The notes under the pieces are model-generated. The model ran no database searches, had not been told where the DNA came from, and was given only the letters and a program-made list of their open reading frames with translations. Positions 1 through 8,623 of a DNA stretch of 10,578 nt are shown in pieces. Position numbers and translations under genes: made by a program. Numbering within the stretch: the stretch's first letter is position 1; every line of letters starts with the position of its first letter. The stretch is from assembly GCA_001179505.1 (NCBI GenBank), contig CDMY01000917.1, positions 1 to 10,578 of the forward strand, read 5' to 3'. This DNA is from Vitrella brassicaformis CCMP3155. Taxonomy: Eukaryota > Protista > Chromerida.

Positions 1-270
1 AGTTAGTGCAGAGGCGCTTGTGATTCCGGCAGTCACATCGTCGGCTGCATGTGGACAGCGCAGACGTCCCTTTCTCGTTGCATGCGCAACAGGGGGGCCC
101 GCCGCCGTCTCGCGGGATGAGGGTAGGTCGAGGGGCTTGGGTGTAGTCCGATACACGCTCGCTCATCCGAAAAGGAGGAGAAACAGCCGAGAAATCACCA
201 ACTCAATCATGATGACGTGGGCGCCTTGTTGTATCATCTACTCACAGAGCCTGACGCAGCCGTGGAGCCT

Positions 271-1013
271 TTACAGGCAATTGAAGACATACGTGATGAT
301 GACGATCAGCCACCGTAGCATAAGGAAGACAATCAAGACAAGACATGGGACATTGAGGAGGACGGTATCGATCCAAGGGAGGGGCAGAAAATACCGAAGA
401 GGAACACACAAGATGTACCAGAACAACTGATAAGAGAAGGCTTCCAGCGCAAATGTATCAAGCTCGGGGCAAACCGTAATGGCCGGGGCGGTGCGACCCT
501 GTGCAGAGGATTTCCCATTTCTTGCGTTGATTTCATTTCGTCGAGAATTGCAGTCCAATTCACGCCACTTGGAAATGCATGCCTTTTTGCATTTTGATTA
601 TCGTTTCAATCGCATTGGAATGCGTGTTGCGGCTCACGCCGAAAGAGGATCAAGGTCGCATACATCACCATGGGCCGTGTGTACGGATTTTGTATTCAAA
701 GCTACAGATCCTGGTACGGATGCGGTCAAGAGCGGGAGACAGAGCTAGTCAAAAGCCCACTATCAGTGACCGTATAGGCAAGAAAAAGAGCGAAAAGGGC
801 ACACGCAAATGCGCCGATAACAGGTAAGTAAAAACTAGAACCAAAGGCGCCACCCACTATCAGGCAAGCAAAAGAAAACGACATCCAAGTAGGTAGCTGA
901 TATCTGCGGCAGCAGAGTGACCCAAAGATGGTCAGCACAGACTGCAGGCATATCAGCAGGATGGCCTTCAGGATGCTCGCTGTCAGGAATGCCAACTTGG
1001 CAAGACGAACCAC
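271..1013 (-). CDS. Candidate spliced (or decayed) multi-pass membrane protein gene, 3' part; function unknown
   Basis: Two strongly hydrophobic ORFs on the same strand (726-1013 and 271-558). They join in frame through GT-AG introns at 711-760 and 499-663 around a 47-nt exon (664-710). I chose the splice sites to fit, so support is weak, and I recognise no family. Confidence 0.35.
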
Positions 1014-1145
1014 TGCGAGCTTGTGAGTTAGGGTAGCTTACCGTGTAACGGAGCGAGAGAGATGGAGTGAGGAGAAGATAAGGAAAGACAAGGAAAGCAG
1101 TCTAAGGAGACACGATCTTATCAGCCATCACCGAAGTCAGATCTG

Positions 1146-1381
1146 TGTTGACCACCCTTCATGATGTCATACATGGACAGAAACACCTTTGATTAACTGG
1201 CTGGTCCATCGGTCTTGCTGAAGTAAAAGCACTCTTTACTCTGGGACTTACCGCCCAGCAGATCCTCTATTCAGCTAACTATAGGAGAGGTCCTCACCGG
1301 CCTTTTCGCACATGGGCGCAGCAACTTGGTTCTTGCTTATCTGAGCCGAAGCCCTTGCCAGCCGACTGACAGATCCTAACA
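1146..1381 (+). repeat. Putative 5' LTR (236 bp)
   Basis: Starts TGTTGA and ends CTAACA (TGTT...AACA inverted termini), is followed directly by GGT, and lies 95 bp upstream of the gag ATG. No second copy is in the window to confirm the boundaries. Confidence 0.45.
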
Positions 1382-1475
1382 GGTCTATCAGTGTCTTGCG
1401 CAGTATCAGCAGCAGTCAACGACTAGCAGTACCTGAAGAAAGACAACAACTATATCAACAAAGCAGACAGCAGAG

Positions 1476-2075
1476 ATGACCTTCAATCTCGAGACAAAGG
1501 CCACCTTCCCCGTCTTTACCGGCAGGAGTGGCGAGAACGACATCAAGTGGCGCGAATGGGACTTTACTCTCAGAGCCTACTTAGCAGCAAGAGAGATGGA
1601 TGTGAAAGTCTATCTACCTACTAAGGATGAGGACGTCCCACCGATGAAGATAGCAGTGCCGCAGATGGATGGATGGCAACAATCAGCCCGTGGTGAACCA
1701 GCAGGGACAGCCAATCCTGATTGAGCAGGAGAGCTCCAGCGCCAAGAACCTTCGATGGCTGTTCAGCTTCCTCGCCCTGCAGACAGCAGACAAGGCCAAG
1801 CGACTGATTCAAGAAGCATACCAGAAGCACGGCGAGAATGGTGCATGGGCGTATCTAGAGCTGCGGAAGCGGTTCATACCTGATCGTATCGTATGCAAGC
1901 ACGAGCTCTTGCAGCGATTCTTCAGCTGGAAGATGATCAAGGACGATCTCGACGACGCCCTTGGCGACTTCAGCTATCTCGTCAGCCGTCTTCATGAAGT
2001 TGGATCAACAGTGCCAGACGAGACGATGATCGCCGTCATGCTGTCGGCATTGCCTGAGAGATTCGACATGTTCAA
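1476..2075 (+). pseudogene. gag: Copia gag, N-terminal part (capsid/UBN2-like region)
   Basis: FPVFTG...WREW...LRAYL, then AWAYLELRKRF...ELLQRFFSWKM...LVSRLHEVGSTVPDETMIAVMLSALPERFDMFK, which is typical Copia gag. The ORFs at 1476 and 1669 are separated by a (GATG)3 slippage frameshift at 1664-1675. Confidence 0.8.
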
Positions 2076-2731
2076 GCAGTGTCCATCATCATTGCCGTAG
2101 GTGAGGATGAACACACACCATTCACGTGCACCACCTCATCAGCCAGTTCTTCTATCTCGACTGCTCCAATCGTGGCAAAGTCCTCATTTCCTTGTTGCTG
2201 TTGTTCTTCCTCTTCGTAGACGTCGAATTGGTTGGCGTATTGGCGATTGGGACGTCGGTCGTTCCGTCTGTCGTTGGCTCGTGCTCGGGTGTTGTTCATA
2301 GTGACATCGCCATCCTTATCTCGTCGTTCTGTAGGGCGCCATGTTTGCTGCTGCTGCCCTCCTCCCTGCTGCTGTCCGCCAGTGTGCCAGATGCGCTGAG
2401 AGGATTGGGCATAAGTGGATGAGGCAGGTCGCTAGTAGTTGCTGCTCTGTCTGTTGGTGTTGCTCGGCTGGTTCCTCCATCCATTGCCATTTTTCCTGTT
2501 GGTGTTGTTGTCCTGTTGTCAGGTCGTCTGTCGGTCCATCCCTTCCTCTCATCATCATGCTGACTACGCTGGTCTTGACGGTCATGTTGTCTTCCAGATG
2601 GACGGCCCCTCTGCTGATGTTGACGGTCTCGCTGCTCTCTTCGTAGCTGTTTCATGCGGTCATTTGCGTTGCGAAGAGCTTCTTCAAATTGCGGCCAGGT
2701 CAGTGCTTCTCCACGATACGCACGGGATGCT
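2076..2731 (-). pseudogene. gag: Inverted internal segment of the Copia element: gag C-terminus plus start of the protease (catalytic D-T)
   Basis: The minus strand reads ASRAYRGEALTWPQFEEALRN... through a Q/N/R-rich tract to SPTAMMMDTA. Flipping 2076-2731 puts both junctions in frame with the flanking + strand gag and protease. Confidence 0.8.
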
Positions 2732-3566
2732 GACTCATGCGCCATGCTGTTTTAAGGAGCAGCTCTTCGACGAGATCAAGACACTCGACCACGACATTAA
2801 CGTCATTATGGCGAATGGGTCAACCGCATCAGCAATGGGTGTCGGCTGCATCAAGTTCACCTGTGGAGAGATCACCAAAGGCAAGAAGAACGTCATGGTG
2901 GACAACGTGCTGTATGTGCCCAAGCTCAAGTTCAACCTGCTTTCTCTTGCTCACCTTATCGACGATTACAACATCAAGCTCGAGATTGATCATGGCGCTG
3001 CATTCCTGAAGGCAAAGAGAGGAGATATGTACCCACTGATGTGAGAAGGGCGATTCTGGTACCTCAACATCTACAGGGACCCGTCCGACTGCCCGAATGC
3101 GACCGATGAGCGAATGGTTGACGTCATAGAGCAGCAGCACACACCATCGGTGGACGATGACAATGAAGAACCGACGGATGTGATGACAGCAGACGTGTTG
3201 GTCGCGGAAGTCATCACACAAGAGCGACTGCATCAGCGATTTGCCCACGTCAATGATGGACATCTCAAGAAACTACCTGAAGTGACAAGACACGCACCAA
3301 CGACAAAGAAGGAGAACAACAATGGCGACGAGAAGACTAAGTGTGAAGTGTGTTTGAAGGCCAAGATGAAGCGACTGCCGTATGCAGGAGATGCGTATCG
3401 ACATCAACACCCGGCTGATCTCATCCACGTCGACCTGTCACAGATCAAGCAGCCAAGCGAGAGAGGATACAGGTATCTGATGGTGGTGGTCGACGATGCA
3501 TCAAGGTGGCTGCAGACTTACTTCCTCAAGAAGAAATCGGATGCCCCTACCGCATTCATCCAGTAC
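2732..3566 (+). pseudogene. pol: Copia pol fragment: aspartic protease, pre-integrase zinc-binding motif and N-terminal integrase core
   Basis: CFKEQLFDEI...VIMANGSTASAMGVG...VDNVLYVPKLKFNLLSLAHL matches Copia protease. A single in-frame TGA at 3042-3044 is followed by HHCC and HVDL. Similarity stops after FIQY (3566), before the second catalytic Asp. Confidence 0.9.
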
Positions 3567-3766
3567 TCAGACAGACAGCGCAGATCGACCGGCCAGCGAC
3601 AAATACCCTGGCACACGAAGAGAAGGGAGGCTCAGATGCGGCCGCGAGCAGCCGCGCCTTCACCGCCCCACGCCCCTGAGGTGGGAGGCGACGAGACGCG
3701 GTCACCCCGCGGATACACAAAAGCAGCTCCTCGAAAATCACCGCAGGAAAATCGACGGGCGCGACG

Positions 3767-3910
3767 GCATAACACACACACGTCAACACCTACACACAAG
3801 CGCACATACACATGTCCCTACACACACAGACACCCCTCACCTCACACACACCCGCCCACACCAACACACAACACACACACACACACCCGCCCACACCCGC
3901 CCACACCCGC
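3767..3910. repeat. CA-rich microsatellite with a CCACACCCGC 10-mer tandem running into the gap
   Basis: (CA)n tracts and about three copies of ccacacccgc at 3881-3910. CA-rich sequence resumes at 4217 after the gap. Confidence 0.85.
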
Positions 3911-4210
3911 NNNNNNNNNNNNNNNNNNNNNNNNNNNNNNNNNNNNNNNNNNNNNNNNNNNNNNNNNNNNNNNNNNNNNNNNNNNNNNNNNNNNNNNNNN
4001 NNNNNNNNNNNNNNNNNNNNNNNNNNNNNNNNNNNNNNNNNNNNNNNNNNNNNNNNNNNNNNNNNNNNNNNNNNNNNNNNNNNNNNNNNNNNNNNNNNNN
4101 NNNNNNNNNNNNNNNNNNNNNNNNNNNNNNNNNNNNNNNNNNNNNNNNNNNNNNNNNNNNNNNNNNNNNNNNNNNNNNNNNNNNNNNNNNNNNNNNNNNN
4201 NNNNNNNNNN
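3911..4210. other. Assembly gap (300 N)
   Basis: Run of N. Confidence 1.
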
Positions 4211-4296
4211 GCAGAACCACACACACACACGAGAGCCCATCCCCCATCGAATCCACGCACACAGAGGACGGCACACGACAACATGAAACCCACACC

Positions 4297-4909
4297 ATGG
4301 AGGCGGCCAGAGAGGTTGTTGAGTGGGTGAGTAGTTCAGTATGATCCAGAAACACTCGGCGGATCGCGACTAGGAGTGCAACTCTTCAAACGGCTCTATA
4401 TGTCCGATCTGATATGAGCAGACGCAAAGAAGTACACAAGAATGGCTTGACATCACGTGTGCTTTTCATCCATGCGTGTGATGTGCCAGGGATGAAGTAG
4501 TCACGGTGTTGGTTCAAGGCTCCAGCCAGCACCCTTCTCAAGGCGGAGGGATCGACCGGTGATTCCCGACAGTAAGCTGAAGAATCTACTCGAAGGTGAC
4601 TTCTCTCATTGGCAGGGCACGTTAATGATAAGGTACATAAGTACATCATTCCTCATGCAAGCATCTATCTCTTGCATTCTCTCCCTCTTAGGGTGTGCTG
4701 CACTTCTATTACCAAAGGGAGACACGAAGATGCGAAGGCGGTCAGACTCTTTACTTGTGCGTGCCGCATGACTTAGAGCTCTGAGGGAGGTAGCTGGCGT
4801 GATTGCTGCCTTGGCGCAAGAAGATACTTCATTACACAACAAACAGGCGACTGAAATAATAATCGACGACGTGACACTGACATTGCAAGTGCTGCCAAAC
4901 ATCGATTAG
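4297..4909 (+). other. Weak candidate intron-rich host gene or pseudogene fragments
   Basis: ATG at 4297 with a GTGAGT donor at 4327. A 59-nt GTACAT...polypyrimidine...TAG intron at 4633-4691 joins HVNDK to GVLHFYYQRETRRCEG, and an open terminal frame runs 4778-4909. I could not build a fully consistent model. Confidence 0.2.
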
Positions 4910-4946
4910 CCATGCGTTTACATACTTGTGAGTTGCAATGAGGATT

Positions 4947-5295
4947 TTAGTGAGTGTTGGCCAATCGAATACCTGTGTGCCTTGCTTTGCTCATGGCGGG
5001 TGTGCACCAGAAAATACCAAAGATAAAGACTCTACGCATCTTCGGAAGGTGGGTAAAAGGCTGAATTGGCTTGTAACAGGTCATAACATCAATCTTCGCT
5101 GGTTTAATCCAGATTGGCGGTCGTTAACATACCTGCAGATGCACGCGCCGACCCTTGCAAAAAGGAAGAATGCCTGTACGAAAACAATTCCACCCGACAC
5201 CGAGACGGATCAACGTGAGAGATATGAGCATAAGAAAGGCTTCCGCCTTCAACACAGGAGAACCGAGGCCAGATGGTCCTCGAGTCCTTTTTCAT
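4947..5295 (-). other. Weak candidate host exons joined by a 34-nt intron
   Basis: Removing 5099-5132 (GTATGT...CAG, contains an in-frame TAA) extends ORF 5104-5295 by about 50 codons to a TAA at 4947-4949. Confidence 0.25.
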
Positions 5296-5534
5296 GCATA
5301 CCGAAGTATTGACATCTCCCTACTATTGCAACGGCTGCTTTACCGCCAGCTACGGAAGGAAAGTGGCTGCACACATAAATTGTTCAGTACTGTCTTTTCT
5401 ACTGTTCTACCATAGAGCGCCACTCCATGCATGAATGAGGCTTCGGCCTTTACCTGCCTCACTGCAAATCCACTGATTCTTACACTACGAACATGTACAC
5501 AGACAGAGGTACCTGTATAGCAGGATGAGTAAGG

Positions 5535-6094
5535 CTATGCATCTTCCTCATCTTCATCGTCCTCCCCACCCTCATCCTCAGCATACTGGTGTACGCGAAT
5601 ACATGAAGAGCCAACTGCAAGAAAAAGTGCTGTTGCGACGAACAGACCCACGGCAGACACGAACACATACATGAACCATTGGGCGCTGATTGTATTGACT
5701 TCTGTGATGTCGTAGTACGCCATGATAATGAAGGTACACATAGCCAGGCCGATCTGCATGGTTTGAAGCTCCAAGAAAGCCGATACAATGCGACGACGTA
5801 GGAGCTGCCTCTTGGAGCTTGCTTGCTTTCTCTCCGTTGCCTTGTCATCGGAAGGGATATCCTTGATGACACCCCCAAAGTCATCGCGGTGTTCTCTCAG
5901 GTAGGGGCCGAATCCGCTTTTTCGCAATGACTCGTAGCCGCTTTCGACGAGGCCCGAGAAGGGTCGTCTTCGTCTTCACTCTGGAGGACCTGATGCCAAG
6001 GGATCCCTTCTTCTCCCAAAGTCTGTCTACAGCTTGGCCCATTGTCCGAATCAATGGCATGCTGAGGCGCTCCTTGGTCAATACTGCCCGACAC
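5535..6094 (-). pseudogene. Candidate host gene fragment: low-complexity region, two predicted TM helices and an acidic tail
   Basis: ORF 5535-5927 has two hydrophobic stretches (IGLAMCTFIIMAYY; WFMYVFVSAVGLFVATALFLAVG) and EDEGGEDDEDEED. It overlaps upstream ORF 5897-6094 in another frame (frameshift or unrecognised intron). Confidence 0.35.
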
Positions 6095-6726
6095 TCCCTC
6101 AACGAATGAAGGCTCGGTGGAATCGTAATGGAATCGTGTCCCGACCCTAGCGGGGAAGCTCCAACTCAGAGCTGTCCGGCGGTGTCGCCCAATGGAAAAG
6201 CTTCGAGGTCACCCTATAGTTTACGGGTTCGGAGAAGCGCCGAAACGGCGCGACTGCAATCGCAGCAGGCTTGATTTCGCCAACCTATGAAGCTTCAAGG
6301 TCATCCAGCCGGTTGGGCATTCAGGGGGGCAGCTGTTCACTCAAGTCTCAGTAGCCATACAGCCTCGCGAGTATCGCCTGCAGATACACGCAACATACAT
6401 GAAAATAGACAGCGCGTATAGTACGGCCGACGGTCCCACAGAGGTCTAGGATGGGCAGACAGCCTACATATATGTACTTTGCACTGAGAAGTGACGCTAT
6501 TTGACTGACGAGGCGAGCAGGCAGAACCATGCACAGCAAAGAATTCAATATGCACGCACCGAAGTTCTTCCTCTCATAGACAGGCACGACGCAAGGAGCC
6601 GGGCAAGCAAGCGAACACTCGAGTTGGAGCCGGTGAGGTCCACCTTTGGTCCTCACTGGGAAAGAGGGAAAGAGGGGTGCCAGCCCCTGAAGAGGCGCTC
6701 AGCGCCTGTGTAAAGTAGAATAGATC

Positions 6727-7375
6727 GCCGGCCTCCGTTTCGTCCTCTCGCTGCGGAGACATTTGGCCGCNNNNNNNNNNNNNNNNNNNNNNNNNNNNNN
6801 NNNNNNNNNNNNNNNNNNNNNNNNNNNNNNNNNNNNNNNNNNNNNNNNNNNNNNNNNNNNNNNNNNNNNNNNNNNNNNNNNNNNNNNNNNNNNNNNNNNN
6901 NNNNNNNNNNNNNNNNNNNNNNNNNNNNNNNNNNNNNNNNNNNNNNNNNNNNNNNNNNNNNNNNNNNNNNNNNNNNNNNNNNNNNNNNNNNNNNNNNNNN
7001 NNNNNNNNNNNNNNNNNNNNNNNNNNNNNNNNNNNNNNNNNNNNNNNNNNNNNNNNNNNNNNNNNNNNNNGGGCAGGCGGTCAATTCGTCAGATACTCAC
7101 CAAGAGGAAGCCCCGCCCCTTGGCCATCCCCGCCGCTGAAGGCACATTCTTCAGTGAGAATATCATCAACCAATCAACCATCAGGGCGGCTCTTGTCCGT
7201 AGAGCTCGTAAAGCACGACGCGTGTGGCTAGTCGCGCGAAACGTGTCGCATCTCCAGGAGGACCCGAGAAAAAAGGGCTTCAGTCCAGAGGACTTCCTCA
7301 GCCGAGGCCCCTATACGCGTCGCACAAGTCCCCCCTCCGGTTTGTGAGCCCGCGTGTCGCTTCATATCGTATGCA
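6727..7375 (+). mobile_element. 5'-truncated, decayed 3' end of an RLE-type (CRE-like) non-LTR retrotransposon, copy A; spans gap 2
   Basis: Reads AGLRFV.LAAETFGR[gap]GRRSIRQILTKRKPRP...RLLSVELVKHDA. It is colinear with the minus-strand copy at 7606-8623 and has the F-x-P-L-A-x-E-T-F-G-x-W-G and LSVxL motifs of RLE C-termini. Several frameshifts. Confidence 0.8.
6771..7070. other. Assembly gap (300 N placeholder)
   Basis: Run of N. The flanks align contiguously to the paralog (see findings). Confidence 1.
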
Positions 7376-7605
7376 ACCATTGTTTTTGAAGTAAAACCAA
7401 GAACGGGCGACGTAGTTTTCCAAAGCCTCATCCAAAGACACCGACGTTCGAATCAAGCAAACTTCGCAGGGCAACGGGAAACACACATTGCAAACCAAAG
7501 AACAGACATTCAACCACTGCACGCCACGCAGGACACACACACGTGCGAAGACACACGGTGCAGGCACACACAGGATTCACTGCAAACACACCAAGCACGA
7601 GACAT

Positions 7606-8623
7606 GCAATACGATGCACACGGCATCCGAAGCCAGCCAGCCACCTTATAGCCCCGAGGCGGGGTTGGTGTGCGGCCTGTATGGCCCGCGGCTGACGAAG
7701 TCCTCTGGAAAAGCGCTGGCCCTCCGCGGCCCTCTGGCGGCGCTGCGCACAGCTGGCCACTTGAAAAGCGTTGTGCTTCGTCAGCTTCACGGACAGAAGC
7801 TGGCTCCAATGGTTGATGACACTCTCTCGAGAAGCCCCATCTTCGTCAGCAGGAATAGAGGTGGGGCGGGGCTTCCACTTGGCGAGCAATTTGAGACTTG
7901 TCTGCTCTCCCCATCTGCCAAATGCCTCCGCGGCGAGACGGACAAAGCGAAAGCCGGCTGCTTGAGCGGCAGGCCATACTTGTCGATCTTCTTCTTCTCC
8001 GCAAGTTGGGCTGCTTTGCTACCTGAAAGCTTCGCGCCGGCCGGCTCACCGTCCGGTGGGAGGGGATAGTGGATGCGTCAGGTCAGCAGGGATGGGTGAT
8101 GGTGACGTCGAGCAGGTAATCGTGGCCGTTGATCACGCCATAGATGTCCATGCGCTGGCTGTTGGGTTGTCGTCCGGAGGGGTGATGCCGAGGCTGTGCA
8201 GGGGCATCTCCACGTTGGAGGGAACATCAGCCTCAGCCAGGATGCGAACAGACAAGTTGCGCATGTTGTTGTGTCTCGTAATGCGCACGCGGCCTGTGTG
8301 GCAGACAAAGTAGTGCTTATCGACCTCGCCACCGCAGATGCATCGCTGCGTGACGGTCGCGTGCGGGAGGGCGATGCCGAGGCACTCGGCGATGGCAAGG
8401 AGGCACTGGAAGTTGTTCAGGGACTTGTGGTCGCTGGAAGGGATGCCGGATAACCAACCAGATGAGAGAGGTCCTCGACAGCTCAAAAGGCGGGCGCGGG
8501 CTCTGCCGTCCGGCGGGAGGGAGTTGAAGAGCTCATTGAAGCGGAACTTGTGCAGCTGGTCGGTCAGCCGCTGCTGTAGACGCACCTGAGGCCTCGAGAC
8601 CAGGTATGCTTGCAGTTTCATGC
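7606..8623 (-). mobile_element. Decayed C-terminal region of an RLE-type (CRE-like) non-LTR retrotransposon, copy B: zinc knuckle and restriction-like endonuclease
   Basis: Motifs in order: LQQRLT, ARLLSCRGPLSSGWLSGIP, CICGGEVDKHYFVC, RHN, RMDIYG...LLDVTITHP, AAQLAEKKKIDKY, FVRLAAEAFGRWG, WSQLLSVKLTKHNA. Frameshifts lie near 8160, 8060 and 7965, with a TGA at 8083-8085. RT is not seen. Confidence 0.9.

Larger units (their letters stand above)
1146..3566 (+). mobile_element. Decayed, 3'-truncated Ty1/Copia LTR retrotransposon (LTR-gag-PR-integrase; RT, RNaseH and 3' LTR not present in the window)
   Basis: Domain order is gag, then protease, then HHCC (RLHQRFAHVN...CEVC), then integrase (LIHVDL...YRYLMVVVDDASRW...YFLKKKSDA). 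Integrase directly following protease is the Copia order. Confidence 0.9.

Noticed and set aside
1141-1145. ATCTG as the Copia 5-bp TSD with a matching 3' LTR
   Set aside because: No second LTR or matching TSD appears in the window. The 3' part is deleted or unassembled.
2299-2431. Overlap of two minus frames resembling a programmed -1 gag-pol frameshift
   Set aside because: There is no XXXYYYZ slippery heptamer in the overlap, and amino-acid composition favours an ordinary indel further upstream.
2101-2731. Cys- and Leu-rich + strand ORFs (2101, 2126, 2341 and the N-terminus of 2439)
   Set aside because: They are antisense readings of the inverted Q/N-rich gag segment.
3496-4355. Long ORFs spanning gap 1
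   Set aside because: They consist of N-runs and (CA)n/(TG)n translation (HT/VC repeats).
7440-7460. GTTCGAATC B-box / tRNA T-loop-like motif
   Set aside because: No T-stem pairing, A-box or cloverleaf surrounds it.
7488-8069. 193-aa + strand ORF, at first read as one of a head-to-head pair of novel paralogous genes (GAGLPLGE motif)
   Set aside because: It is the antisense shadow of RLE copy B. The opposite strand carries the diagnostic AEKKKxxKY, FGRWG and LSVxL motifs.
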